From: an uncultured delta proteobacterium
GTDB taxonomy: Bacteria; Desulfobacterota; Binatia; UBA9968
DNA length: 64,000 nt
Assembly: GCA_963745835.1 (NCBI GenBank)
Contig: CAVUZH010000019.1
Location: forward strand, 128,001 to 192,000
Direction: 5' to 3'
Shown: in pieces, positions 29,169 through 40,058 of the stretch
Numbering within the stretch: position 1 is the stretch's first letter
Layout of the letters: each line of letters begins with the position of its first letter
The notes under the pieces: generated by a model
Seen by the model: the letters and a program-made list of their open reading frames with translations, nothing else
What the model was told of the DNA's origin: nothing
Databases searched by the model: none
Program-made: the position numbers and the translations under genes

Positions 29169-30367
29169 GCGAAGTTCGGCCAGGGCCGCTTAGCGGCGTG
29201 CGCGTCCTCGATTTGACGCGGGTCGTCGCCGGCCCTTATTGCTCGATGTTTCTTGGCGATCTCGGCGCTGAAGTCGTCAAGGTGGAGCAGCCCGGAGCGG
29301 GTGACGATACGCGCGGCTGGGGCCCGCCGTTTGCCGGCGGCGAAAGCGCCTACTACCTCTGTATCAACCGCAATAAGCAAAGCCTGACACTCGATCTAAA
29401 ATCGAAACGGGCGGTAGAGTTGCTGCGTGACTTGGTTAAGGCTGCCGATGTAATCATCGAGAATTTCCGACCTGGAACCATGGAACGCCTCGGGTTGGGC
29501 GAAAAGGAGTTACGCGAGCTTAACCCGCGGCTCATCTATGCCTCGCTCACGGGCTTTGGCGCCGATGGACCGATGAGCGACTGGCCAGGCTATGATTTGA
29601 TCGTGCAAGCCTGGGGCGGTCTGATGAGCATCACCGGCACGCCGGAGGGGGAGCCGGTCAAAGTCGGCGTGGCGATCATCGATCTGGTCGCCGGGCTGAT
29701 GCTCGGCAAAGCAATCACAGCGGCGTTGTTCGCTCGTGAGAAAATCGGCGTCGGCCAGCGGATTGACACTTCTTTGCTCGAGGCCGAAGTGGCCTCGCTG
29801 ATCAACGTTGGCAGCAATTATCTTGTTGGCGGCAAAGTGCCTACGCGCTGGGGCAACGCTCATCCGAACATCGTGCCGTATCAAAACTTCCAAACCGCGG
29901 ACGGCTATCTGGTGATCGGGGTCGCCAGCGAAGTGATCTGGAAGCGTTTCTGCGAGGCTGTCGGCGAGAGGGAATTGATCAATGATCCGCGCTTCGCCGA
30001 CAATTCTAAGAGAGTAGAAAATCGCAGCGAACTCATTGCAATTCTCTCCCAGACATTTCTCCAGCGGCGGAATGATGCTTGGTTCAAGTTGTTAACCGAT
30101 GCGGAAGTTCCCTGCGCGCCCGTGCAAACCATCGATCAGGTTTTCCAAGCCCCTCAAGTTTTACAGCGTGATATGCTAATCGAAGTCGAGCATCCGACGG
30201 CGGGCAAGGTTCGCATGGCCGGGATCCCGGTGAAATTTTCAGTGACGCCCGCCAGTGTTCGCATGCCGCCGCCTCTGCTCGGCGAGCATAACGACGCGAT
30301 TCTTCGGACCTGGCTGGGCATGAGCGCCGCTTCAATTGACGAACTCAAAAAAGAGAAAGTCATATGA
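29165..30367 (+). CDS. CaiB/BaiF (family III) CoA-transferase
   Basis: LDLTRVVAGP, LGAEVVKVE, NRNKQS, ENFRPG, GYD. Confidence 0.95.
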   Translation: MSEVRPGPLSGVRVLDLTRVVAGPYCSMFLGDLGAEVVKVEQPGAGDDTRGWGPPFAGGESAYYLCINRNKQSLTLDLKSKRAVELLRDLVKAADVIIENFRPGTMERLGLGEKELRELNPRLIYASLTGFGADGPMSDWPGYDLIVQAWGGLMSITGTPEGEPVKVGVAIIDLVAGLMLGKAITAALFAREKIGVGQRIDTSLLEAEVASLINVGSNYLVGGKVPTRWGNAHPNIVPYQNFQTADGYLVIGVASEVIWKRFCEAVGERELINDPRFADNSKRVENRSELIAILSQTFLQRRNDAWFKLLTDAEVPCAPVQTIDQVFQAPQVLQRDMLIEVEHPTAGKVRMAGIPVKFSVTPASVRMPPPLLGEHNDAILRTWLGMSAASIDELKKEKVI

Positions 30368-30825
30368 CGGGCAAAACATTCCAGGAGTTTCACGCCGGCG
30401 ATCGTTACAATACCGGCCGGCGCACGATCACTGAGCACGACATTTTGCAGTTCGTTACTTTGGTGGGACTCACGGAACCGCTGTTTCTCGACATGGAATA
30501 CATCCGCAATGAAAGTCTTTACGGCGATCGCATCGCGCCGGGGAGTTTGACCTTTGCTATGGCCGAAGGACTGACAGTCCAGACAGGACTCATCCACGGC
30601 ACCGGTATGGCGTTTGCCGGTCTCGACAAGATGCGCCTTTTCGCGCCGGTCAAGGTGAACGACACAATCCAAGTGGAGATCGAGGTTTTAGACAAGAAGC
30701 CGGTGCCGGCGCGCGGCGGCGGCATCGTTCGTTATCGCCAGTGGGTAAAGAACCAGCGCGGAGAAACCATTATGGAGTACGATGTCGCGCGTCTCATTCG
30801 CGGCGCGGCGGTGGATGAGAAATAA
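30364..30825 (+). CDS. MaoC/hotdog dehydratase family protein
   Basis: RTITEHDI, RIAPG, F.APV..NDTI, NQRGE. Confidence 0.88.
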   Translation: MTGKTFQEFHAGDRYNTGRRTITEHDILQFVTLVGLTEPLFLDMEYIRNESLYGDRIAPGSLTFAMAEGLTVQTGLIHGTGMAFAGLDKMRLFAPVKVNDTIQVEIEVLDKKPVPARGGGIVRYRQWVKNQRGETIMEYDVARLIRGAAVDEK

Positions 30826-30841
30826 AGGAACCAGGTAAGCG

Positions 30842-31805
30842 TTGGCTATCGAATCAAATTGTAAGTTTGGGATTCTATTGCCTACCCGGGAAGTGATTTT
30901 ATCGGGCAGGGCCGAACCGAGCAGCATCTATGATATCGCCGATCGCACCGAGGCGCTCGGCTTCCACTCAGTTTGGGTCGGCGACAGCGTCGTCGCAAAA
31001 CCGCGTCTGGACGCGCTCACCACGCTTGCGGCGGTCGGCGCTCGCACCCGCAGAATTCGTCTGGGCACGGCAGTGTATCTGGCCGCCCTCAGGAATCCAG
31101 TTCTGCTGGCTCACATGGTTGGCACTGTCGATTGGCTCAGCCGCGGCCGAGTCGATCTCGGTATCGGCTACAGCCGGCCCAACGACCCCGTCCAGGAGCA
31201 CGAATACAAAGTTCTCGGCCACGATCCGGCCAAACGAATCAAGATGAGCGAAGAGTCGGTGCGGATTATCCGCAAGCTGTGGCGCGAGAACGATGTTTCC
31301 TACGCTGGCGCCTTCTCGAGCTTCGAGCATGTGACGGTTGAGCCGAAACCGAGCCAGCCTGACGGGGTGCCCATCTGGCTCGCGTCAAACAACATCGAGC
31401 CCGGACTGAAGCGCGTCGCACGCATGGCCGATGGATGGCTCAATAACATCACGGATCCAGAAATCTACAAAGAATGCTTAGGGAAGATTCGCGCTTATGC
31501 AGCCGAGGCCGGTCGCGATCCGCAAGTGATTGAGCCGGGACTTTATCTCACGATTGCTGCGGGCGATGACAATGCCATTCGCGAGGGTCAAAACTTTCTC
31601 GTCGCAGTATTACAACCGACCTTACGAAGCCACCGCCAAGGCAATGCTCTGCGTGATGGGCTCTTGGGAGCAAGTGATGGATGAAATTCAGGCTTACACG
31701 GAAGCGGGCGCGCGCACGTTGGTTCTACGCTTTGCTGCCAGCGATCAAGTCCGTCATCTGGAAGCTTGTGCGGAACAGCTCTCACGTCGCGGTTACCTTC
31801 GCTAA
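30842..31805 (+). CDS. LLM-class flavin-dependent oxidoreductase (frameshift near 31600)
   Basis: GFHSVWVGDS, T.RIRLGTAV, LSRGRVDLGIG, ADGW; C-terminus in ORF 31530-31805. Confidence 0.88.
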
Positions 31806-32438
31806 TCGTCGGCGAGCATGAGAAGCTCTTTACGCAGTGGAGCAGGATCGGTCGCGCCAACGGTGTCACCCATCATTTCACATTATTCCCTTTAACTGAA
31901 TCTCACACACCGCACCCCTTTCTAAAGGCACGGAAGAGTCAATTGTTGAGGGCGTCCCTGGGACTTACTGCCTGTAGGGTTAATTCACTTGTCAGACGTA
32001 TCACCGGGGCATGAGCGTAGTTAGTGCCAAAGGCTTCCGCTTATCAATCGCGCGCGCCGCGTTGACGATTTCCACACCGCGAATTGCATACGAGAGTCCA
32101 AGCTGGCACCTGCCAGAAAGAGCGAGAAACAAGGAAAAACCAGTAACACAAGGCATGAAATAGAAACGCTGAGGAACAGAGAGAGACAAAACAGGACAGC
32201 ATTACAGCCAATCACGCTGGGTTAACCATGGTCGTGGCGGACATCGTAAAAATTGACGGGGACGCACTCCGATTTCATTGTTGTCCGTTTATGTTCCGCT
32301 TGCGGCAGTTTCGTTCAGTCCTGAAGTTGAATGTCTGCTCGTGCGTCGCTTTGCCTCCCATTTCCTTAGACATTTTGAACTTCCCGGCTGGCTTATTAAT
32401 TGCTCAGCCCATGGTGCTTTTCGAGAGAGGGACCAACA

Positions 32439-32630
32439 ATGCGAACCTTTGCTGACACCGAAGTACAGGCTAGACTTATACGTGAGATGCGGGAGTTGTA
32501 TGAGAAACGGGGAAAGCTAGAGGCCGGTATTCGGGCGGTGGATACAGCCCGAAGTCTCCGGATTGAAAAGGACGCATTGATTGACATTGCGGCGTATCGA
32601 GCTTCGCTTTCACGTCCACAAACCATGTAG
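32439..32630 (+). CDS. small helical hypothetical protein
   Basis: GAGAGGG RBS; 63-aa coiled-coil-like ORF. Confidence 0.45.
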   Translation: MRTFADTEVQARLIREMRELYEKRGKLEAGIRAVDTARSLRIEKDALIDIAAYRASLSRPQTM

Positions 32631-32900
32631 GTCGATGGGGCAGAGGAGTCAAACTGGCGATGGATGTGACACCCGGGGAGAACCTACACTCACGCGCGCT
32701 GATTACAAATTACTCCTACGATCAGTATCCAAGCGATAGCCGGAATTGCCGACGGCCTCAGTTGGACCCACCTTCCACATAGATTTGAGTCCGGCCGTTA
32801 AGAACTCTCTCACTTCTTTTTAGAAACTCAAAAGCCGCTCGTGGACGATCGCCACCTCGGGTCCCCTCTGTTTAGGTACAACGAAGAACTAGGAAACGAA

Positions 32901-33041
32901 ATGCAGACGTCGAAGGATACACGTTCAGTGGAAGCAAAACGCCTAGACGAATTAGCCCTGCAATATCGTACGAGTCGTGATCCAGAAGTCCTAACCGAAA
33001 TGCGAGCGTTAGCCCGGCGCCTCTCCCAAGCTAATCAATGA
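32901..33041 (+). CDS. small helical hypothetical protein
   Basis: AGGA RBS; MQTSKDTRSVEAKRLDELALQYRTSRDPEVLTEMRALARRL. Confidence 0.4.
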   Translation: MQTSKDTRSVEAKRLDELALQYRTSRDPEVLTEMRALARRLSQANQ

Positions 33042-33510
33042 TCCTATCGTCGGCGCCGACGCCCCCCGTTCCCAGTCCTTCCTTATCAAATCCCGTTCAA
33101 TCCCTTGCGAGTTCATCTCACAACGATAAGGCGCCTCTAGCTTTCGGAGTGACGTTATCGCAGTGGCGAGACAACTATTTAAGCGCTTATCCTAAAACTG
33201 CAACTAATCCTGCCGGCGACACTAGCCTTTAAGCAGTAACAGTCTGGCCCGAACATTGCTCAGGAGCCGCCGTATATCCGATGGATTGTTCCCAGCGGCA
33301 ATGAGCAGCGCTCGTGATTATTGACAATGTCTTTACGAACCTGCGTTAGGAACTCACAAGCGGCTTTCGAAGATCTTCAGAACTCCAGTCAACTTTTAGG
33401 GGGCGTGCTCGTGTGTCAGTTGGATCTAGCTCTTGAGCTATGATCCATTGGTTATGGTGCGATACCTGTGGCCGTCACTTAAAACTGACGCATCAGGCGA
33501 AGAGGTTTCA

Positions 33511-33804
33511 ATGGAAGTCACCGAGGTAAAAGTCTTTCCTGTAGACGAAGATAAGCTTCGGGCTTACGTAACTATTACTCTCGATCACTGTTTTGTTATC
33601 AGGGATCTAAAGGTCATCAAAGGGACCACGGGTTACTTCGTATCGATGCCTAGTAAGAAACGCAAAGACGGCACCTATAAAGACATTGCGCATCCGATCA
33701 ATAGTGAAACCCGTCGGCTGTTAGAGGAGAGAGTAATCCAGGAATACGAGCAAACCACGCAGAACGCCGGAATCGGTGACTCTCCCCACGTGTCAACGAC
33801 ATGA
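33511..33804 (+). CDS. spoVG: SpoVG family nucleic-acid-binding protein
   Basis: MEVTEVKV, LRAYVTITLD..FVIRDLKVI.G..G.FVSMPS.K, DIAHPIN. Confidence 0.96.
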   Translation: MEVTEVKVFPVDEDKLRAYVTITLDHCFVIRDLKVIKGTTGYFVSMPSKKRKDGTYKDIAHPINSETRRLLEERVIQEYEQTTQNAGIGDSPHVSTT

Positions 33805-34013
33805 CGGTGCCGCCCACAACTTAGATTCTCACCCAGTGAACGGCTAGGTCGCAAGTATCCGAAGCCAGGCGACGAGTATGGGCGCCTACCCAGTCCGTGA
33901 CCTCGCGCGGAAATCCGGCGACGGCATTGTGCTGCGCCAGGCGCGACACATACGGGTGAATGAGAATGCTGGCGTTTATGATCTTAGTATTTCAAAACGT
34001 AGATAAGTAAATA

Positions 34014-34030
34014 ACCGCCGTTTCGGTGGT
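34014..34030. terminator. possible terminator hairpin between convergent spoVG and gshB
   Basis: ACCGCCG-TTT-CGGTGGT flanked by an A-rich tract on the left. Confidence 0.3.
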
Positions 34031-34114
34031 GAACCCTGAGTAGAGCGTAGACACTTGAAGCCATTAGCATTGGCAAGGCAGTGCGCTTGCTCTCTGGCAG
34101 CCTACGATAGCGGT

Positions 34115-35071
34115 TTACTTAAGTCTTCCGACTTGCTCTTCGACAAAGTCGATCACGTTGCTTTCCAATCGAACGTTGTCTAGCGCGTTGATCTCTTGAA
34201 TGCCGGTGGGACTGGTCACGTTAACTTCGGTCAAAAAATTACCAATCACGTCCAAGCCGACGAAATACAAGCCATCGGCAATCAGCAGGCTAGCAAGAGC
34301 TTCGCAGATTTCCCGATCTCTCGCGGTTAACTCAGTCCTGACGCACTGACCGCCGACATGAATATTGCCCCTGGTTTCAGATTCCAGCGGCACTCTCAGC
34401 ACCGCGCCCAGCGGTTTACCGTTCAGCACTATGATTCGTTTGTCGCCTTGACGAATCTCTGGCAGATAGCGTTGGCCTATAATCATTCGTCGGCCATTAT
34501 CGGTGGCGGCCTCGAGAATCGAATTGGTATTGCGATCCTGTTGATGGAGATAGAATACTCCGCTGCCGCCGCTACCATCGAGCGGCTTGACAATCATTTC
34601 GCCGCCTAACTCGTCCATAAAAGCTTTAAGCCTTCCAATGTTGCTGCTCACTAGTGTCTGTGGGATCTGTTCAGGAAAGCGCAAGGCATAAAGCTTTTCA
34701 TTGGCATCGCGCAATCCTCTCGGATTGTTCATGACGAAACACTTCTTCTCATCGATCAAACTCAAAAGATGAGTCGCAAAGAAAAATTTCATATCAAACG
34801 GCGGATCTTTGCGCATCAGCACCACGTCTAATTCTTCAAGCGCTCCAATATCGAACTGAGCTAGATGATAATGAGGCACGGCCCGGGCCAGATGAATGCG
34901 TCGATGCCGCGCAAAAGTCGTTCCCCCGCGGGTGAAAAGATCATCGATCTCCATGAAAAAAATCTCATGGCCCCGCTGTTGCGCTTCCAGCATCAAGACA
35001 AAGGTCGTGTCTTTCTCGATGTCTATCGTGTCAATTGGGTCCATGACGACCCCGATCTTCAAAGGCTGCAT
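34115..35071 (-). CDS. gshB: glutathione synthetase
   Basis: VVMDP, MRKDPPFD, NEKL, KPLDG.GG, GDKRI, TEVNVTSPTG. Confidence 0.97.
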   Translation of the reverse strand: MQPLKIGVVMDPIDTIDIEKDTTFVLMLEAQQRGHEIFFMEIDDLFTRGGTTFARHRRIHLARAVPHYHLAQFDIGALEELDVVLMRKDPPFDMKFFFATHLLSLIDEKKCFVMNNPRGLRDANEKLYALRFPEQIPQTLVSSNIGRLKAFMDELGGEMIVKPLDGSGGSGVFYLHQQDRNTNSILEAATDNGRRMIIGQRYLPEIRQGDKRIIVLNGKPLGAVLRVPLESETRGNIHVGGQCVRTELTARDREICEALASLLIADGLYFVGLDVIGNFLTEVNVTSPTGIQEINALDNVRLESNVIDFVEEQVGRLK

Positions 35072-35103
35072 AGATTTTGCCCAACCAATAGCCGGTACCG
35101 CGA

Positions 35104-35781
35104 CTACTCCCTGATCACCCATGTCTGCGCGATGATGTCGTGCCAGGCCCTTTTCTCGCGGCTCCAAATCACCCACAAGAAACCTAAAAGAATCGGCGCG
35201 AAACCAACAGCGGCGAGCCAACGCAAAAGAGCTTGCCTTGAGGTGACGTCGCCGTTCTCGGCGCCGACGACCCGCAAGCCGAATATCCATTTACCAATGG
35301 TTCTTCCGTCCAAGCTATGAAAGATAACAAAGTAGGCCGCAGATAAGGCAACCGAGGCACATGTCAAAATAAAATATAATCCACTGGAGTTTTCCATAGT
35401 GATGGATCGGCCGTGCGCCGAGAGTCCGACTTTATAACCGATGTGTGACATCGCAAACATGACGAAGCCCAGCAGCAAGATCATCGCCCAGTCGACGACA
35501 AACGCGCAGCCTCGACGAATAAAGCCACCCCATAACCGGCTGTCAGGATCAGGATGATTTATACTCCGAAGGAGAGGATTAGTTTCCTCACTTGACGGAA
35601 GGTACGGATCGATCTGATTGGACCTCTCATCAGATAAATCGATTTTCTCCTCGGCCGATTTCAGATGAACGTCTTCATCGGTTGAATTGAGCCGAGCCCC
35701 CGTTGGATCCAACGGCGTTTCGCAGCGGCTGCATATTCCCGTGTTATGCGTGATCACGGAGTCACATGTGGGACAACGCAT
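35104..35781 (-). CDS. RDD-family membrane protein with N-terminal zinc ribbon
   Basis: CPTC...CSRC; RRGCAFVVD, GRTIGK..FGLRVV, WHDIIAQTWV. Confidence 0.88.
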   Translation of the reverse strand: MRCPTCDSVITHNTGICSRCETPLDPTGARLNSTDEDVHLKSAEEKIDLSDERSNQIDPYLPSSEETNPLLRSINHPDPDSRLWGGFIRRGCAFVVDWAMILLLGFVMFAMSHIGYKVGLSAHGRSITMENSSGLYFILTCASVALSAAYFVIFHSLDGRTIGKWIFGLRVVGAENGDVTSRQALLRWLAAVGFAPILLGFLWVIWSREKRAWHDIIAQTWVIRE

Positions 35782-35841
35782 ATCAATGGTTTTAAACGGT
35801 TGCACCTTGCCGCGATAGCGCGTTGACTGGCCAACACTAAC

Positions 35842-36583
35842 CTACGCTAGATCCCCCCACAAGAGTTGGACGGCCGAGAGCGCGGCCACCGCAGCGGTTT
35901 CAGCACGAAGTATACGCGGGCCAAGCCGCACCGCTTTGAAGTCCTGGCCAAGCGCGAGTGCTGCTTCGTGCGCGCTAAAACCACCTTCGGGCCCGATCAT
36001 CACGAAAACCTCGCTAATTGTCGCTCGGGCCTCCTTTAAATCAGACAACCGTTGCTCGCGCTCCTTCTCCCAAAATAACAGCCGCAGCGCATCGAGCGAA
36101 ACCGTTTCGAGGAGATCGCAAAATTCAGACAAAGCCAAGATCTCCGGAATGCGAACGCGGCCGCACTGTTTTGCGGCGCTCAGTGCGATCTTCTGCCAGC
36201 GCTCGGAACGCTGCGCCACTTTTCTTTCATTCAGCTTTGGTATCGTGTAATCGGAAAGGAAGGGAACTACGGTGTGAACGCCTAATTCGGTCGCCTTTTC
36301 CACCACCCAATCCATTTTCTCGCCCTTGGTGAGACCTAACGCAAGGGTGGTTTTAAGCGGCGATTCATTGTTGACCTGATAAGAGCGGATTATTTCAATC
36401 TCGCCGCGATCTTCGCTAAGGGAGCTGAATGATCCCTTCATGCTCGCAGCCGGCATCATCGAACACGACAACACGGTCTTGCGGTCGCAAGCGCAACACT
36501 CGCCGTAGGTGATTTAATTCGACACCCGTGATCGTAGCCCGATGACCCTCTATCTGTCCCGTCGGCAGGAAAAAGCGAGCCAT
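35842..36583 (-). CDS. rsmE: 16S rRNA m3U1498 methyltransferase RsmE (frameshift near 36420)
   Basis: N-terminus MARFF...HLRRVLRL in the shifted frame; KATELGV, IGPEGGF, LGPRILRAETA. Confidence 0.93.
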
Positions 36584-36586
36584 CGG

Positions 36587-37453
36587 CTACTTCCGCCTGA
36601 GAAGTAAGGTTGCCCATTCTTTCTCTTCCTTGAGCTTGACCAGCCTGAAGCCGTTTGAGACAAAGTAGCGCGCCAGCTGCTCTGACTTGGGCCTTAAGAC
36701 ACCGGACAGAATCAAATAACCGGAAACAGCAACACGTTTACTTAGCGACTCCGCCAGCATCATAATCGTTTCGGCGGTAAGGTTGGCGACGACCACCGGA
36801 AAGGTTCTTAGACGATTGAGCGGCCCCGCGGAACAAAAGACATTCTTTTCTACCCGGTTGAACGCGATGTTTTCTCGCGCGACTTTCAACGCGACCGGAT
36901 CATTGTCTATTGCCCAGACCTTGCTCGCGCCTAATTTGGCAAGGGCAATAGCTAGAATTCCGGAACCGGTGCCGACATCGAGAGCTGTAAACGGATTTGT
37001 GCCCAGAGAACGGGCGATCCGCTCGATAAATTCCATGCAGCCTCTCGTGGTGGCGTGAGTACCCGTCCCGAAAGCCATGCCTGGTTCGATGACGATCAGA
37101 TGCCGGTGGCCAAGCGGCGGCAACTTAGCCCATGGCGGGGCGACCAAGAATGCCTGGCCGACTTTCTGCGGTGAAAAAAATCGCCGCCACGAGTAATTCC
37201 AATTCCGGTCTTTGAGAACCCGCCAGCGCAGCTGATCCTCGCCCATCTCCGGATACATGCCGCGGATGCCGCGAAGGAACCGCTGCACATCCCGGCGAAT
37301 AGTTGTCGAATCTTCGGGACATGCAAAGTATGCCTGCACCTGGTTCTTGTTGATCACGACCCCGGGAGATCCACGTTCTATGAGAAAGTTGGATACCGCG
37401 TCTAACGCCGATGGATCGGTGCGCAGGGAGAGCTGCAACCAGGAAGAAGTCAC
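36587..37453 (-). CDS. prmA: ribosomal protein L11 methyltransferase
   Basis: IEPGMAFGTGTHATT, LDVGTGSGILAI, DNDP. Confidence 0.95.
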   Translation of the reverse strand: MTSSWLQLSLRTDPSALDAVSNFLIERGSPGVVINKNQVQAYFACPEDSTTIRRDVQRFLRGIRGMYPEMGEDQLRWRVLKDRNWNYSWRRFFSPQKVGQAFLVAPPWAKLPPLGHRHLIVIEPGMAFGTGTHATTRGCMEFIERIARSLGTNPFTALDVGTGSGILAIALAKLGASKVWAIDNDPVALKVARENIAFNRVEKNVFCSAGPLNRLRTFPVVVANLTAETIMMLAESLSKRVAVSGYLILSGVLRPKSEQLARYFVSNGFRLVKLKEEKEWATLLLRRK

Positions 37454-37696
37454 AGTTTTTTATGCCATAGAGTTCGGAGAGGGGCAAATCAGGTAAACGC
37501 TTGAGGTGATCGCGCTGCATGATCTGCTTTCCTGAAACAAAGCCAGCATTATCGACGATTGCGCCGCGCAAAATCCAACCTCGATCATCCAAGTTTCGCA
37601 GTGTTAGTTACTTTACATGGCTTGAACGGTTTCGGTCTGCTTGAACTGTTCCGCAGAGCGATATATGGACAAAGCTACAATGAAAGGAGCCACTAG

Positions 37697-38587
37697 ATGA
37701 AGTTGGCCAGCATCAAGCAAAATGACATTGCTCTTGTAAAAAACGATTCAGTGATTCTGCTGGGCGAAGCGTTAGCTCGTGAAAGCGCCTTGCCTAAGGG
37801 CTTTTCTATGCTCGAGGTGATCGCTGAATTCGCTAATGTCAAAGGTCTACTGGAGAATTATGCGGCCAAGGGGACGGCCACCAAACTCGACCCAAAAATG
37901 TTGAAAGCGCCGATCGAGAAGCCCTCTAAAATTTGGGCGGCTGCGACCAACTACAAACGGGGTACCGGTGGCCTGGATGATGCGCGGGGCAGGGGCGCCG
38001 CCGGCACAGCTACCGCAGAACAGCTCCTCGAACGGATTTTTCTAAAGCCTCCCTCATGCGTCTGCGGGCCGGAGGATAATATTATTATTCCTAACGGAGC
38101 GGAAACCATTTTTCCCGAGCTGGAACTCTGTGTCGTCATCGGCAAGGAGACACGGAACATCTCAAAAGAACGCGCCTATGAGGCTATTTTCGGATATATG
38201 ATTTTGCTCGATGTTACCGCGCGCGGGTACGGCTCCGGCAAGGACCTGTCAGGCAGCCGTTGTGTGCGCAAAGGTTTCGAAACCTTCGCGCCGATCGGAC
38301 CTTGGATTACGACCAAGGACGAAATTGCCGATCCGCATCAACTCTCAATGAAGCTATGGATCAACGGAGAGCTCAAGCAATCTGCCAGAACTGATTCGAT
38401 GGTCAACGATATACCAACTCTGGTCAGCTATTTGTCACAGGTAACGACACTCTTCCCGGGCGATCTGATCAGCACGGGAAATCCCGATGCGCCGGAATTC
38501 CAGGAGAAGCTTAAGCCCGGCGATATCGTCAAATCCGAAATCGAAGGTATCGGCGCGATGAACCTTGGTGTTGCGAAACAGAGTTGA
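37697..38587 (+). CDS. fumarylacetoacetate hydrolase family protein
   Basis: FLKPPS, ELELCVVIGK, DVTAR, KGFETFAPIGP, TLFPGDLISTG. Confidence 0.92.
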   Translation: MKLASIKQNDIALVKNDSVILLGEALARESALPKGFSMLEVIAEFANVKGLLENYAAKGTATKLDPKMLKAPIEKPSKIWAAATNYKRGTGGLDDARGRGAAGTATAEQLLERIFLKPPSCVCGPEDNIIIPNGAETIFPELELCVVIGKETRNISKERAYEAIFGYMILLDVTARGYGSGKDLSGSRCVRKGFETFAPIGPWITTKDEIADPHQLSMKLWINGELKQSARTDSMVNDIPTLVSYLSQVTTLFPGDLISTGNPDAPEFQEKLKPGDIVKSEIEGIGAMNLGVAKQS

Positions 38588-38662
38588 GCCCACCGCGAGA
38601 AATCCAACTAGCCTCGATCGAGCCCGAGTTTAAGATTTAAAGACTAAGAAATAGCAGGGAAT

Positions 38663-39994
38663 ATGGTTCGAATTGCACCGTTTCGCGGAGTTTTCTACAA
38701 CCCAAAAAAAATCCGCGACCTTGCGCGGGTTGTCACTCCTCCCTATGACGTGATTTCTCCAGAAGAGCAAGAAAAGCTCTATCGCAAATCGCCCTACAAC
38801 TTCGTCCGATTGGACTTTAGCCAGGAGTCGGATCCATACGCCGCGGTCGCCGAACTATTGGCCAACTGGCAGGCGGAAGGGATTTTTGAACGCGATCAAG
38901 AACCGGCGATTTATTTTGCCGTCCACAAGTTCGCGTTGAAGGACGGAAAGATTAAAGAGCGTCAAGGTTTCTACGCCCTGACTCAGTTGCAAGACTTCTC
39001 TAATGGCGAGATCCGCCCGCACGAAAAGACCTTGGAAGCTCCCAAGCATGACAGACTCCAGCTCATGCTTGCATCTCATGCCCAGCTGAGCTCGATCTTC
39101 GCGCTCTACTCTCAACCGAAAGGCAGCATCAATCGCATTTTGTCCGAACAGACAGAAGGCAAGGCGCCTTTTATCGAGGTTAAGCTGGATGGAGGCGATG
39201 AGTGTCGCCTCTGGCGCATCACGGATCCAGCGTTGATTCGCGAGATCCACCGCGAGATGAGGGAGCAACGGTTGGTGATCGCCGATGGTCATCACCGTTA
39301 TGAGGCAACGCTCAGATATCGGGATCGGATGCGCAGCGATCGATCATCGACTGGCCGGGAATCCTTCAACTACATCATGACCCATTTCGCCAACATGAAT
39401 GACGAGAACGTGCTTATTCTTCCGACTCATCGGTTGGTGCGTGGATACGAGGCCAAACCATTTTTACAACTGGAAGAGGCTTTGCAGACATATTTTTACG
39501 TCGAGCAGTATCCTAAGACTCCGGAAGGAAAGAGCTCGTTCCTGAAAGCTCTAAAGAACTCCGGCAAGAAACATCGGGTTCTCGGAGCCAGCTTCAAACG
39601 CGATCCGCGCTACCTGATATTACGGCTCAAGAACAAGCGCATCATGCAACGACTGGCAAAAGACCTCAGCGCGCCTTTGCGCGATCTGGAAGTTTCCACA
39701 CTGCACCACTTGGTACTGGAGCATATTTTGGGCCTTTCACCTGAACAGCAAACAAACGGCGAAACCATTCGCTACTCGCAGGATGAAGAGTCGGTTTTGC
39801 AAGCGCTGGAAAAAGAAGACTACCAGGCTGCGTTCATCCTGAATGCCACGAAGAGCGCCGATATTCTAGCGATCGTTGATAGCGGCGAGACGATGCCGCA
39901 AAAATCGACCTATTTCTATCCCAAGCTGATTTCCGGGCTAGTGGTTAACAAGATCGACCCTGCCGAAGAGATCCAAGAACCTGCGGATGCATAA
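38663..39994 (+). CDS. DUF1015 family protein
   Basis: PFRG, PPYDVI, PHEKT, IADGHHRYE, MPQKSTYFYPKL. Confidence 0.92.
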   Translation: MVRIAPFRGVFYNPKKIRDLARVVTPPYDVISPEEQEKLYRKSPYNFVRLDFSQESDPYAAVAELLANWQAEGIFERDQEPAIYFAVHKFALKDGKIKERQGFYALTQLQDFSNGEIRPHEKTLEAPKHDRLQLMLASHAQLSSIFALYSQPKGSINRILSEQTEGKAPFIEVKLDGGDECRLWRITDPALIREIHREMREQRLVIADGHHRYEATLRYRDRMRSDRSSTGRESFNYIMTHFANMNDENVLILPTHRLVRGYEAKPFLQLEEALQTYFYVEQYPKTPEGKSSFLKALKNSGKKHRVLGASFKRDPRYLILRLKNKRIMQRLAKDLSAPLRDLEVSTLHHLVLEHILGLSPEQQTNGETIRYSQDEESVLQALEKEDYQAAFILNATKSADILAIVDSGETMPQKSTYFYPKLISGLVVNKIDPAEEIQEPADA

Positions 39995-40058
39995 TAAATA
40001 AATCGGCCTGCATGTTGTGATCTGAAGTCTTCCAGACCTATTCGGCTATTCGCCGGCT

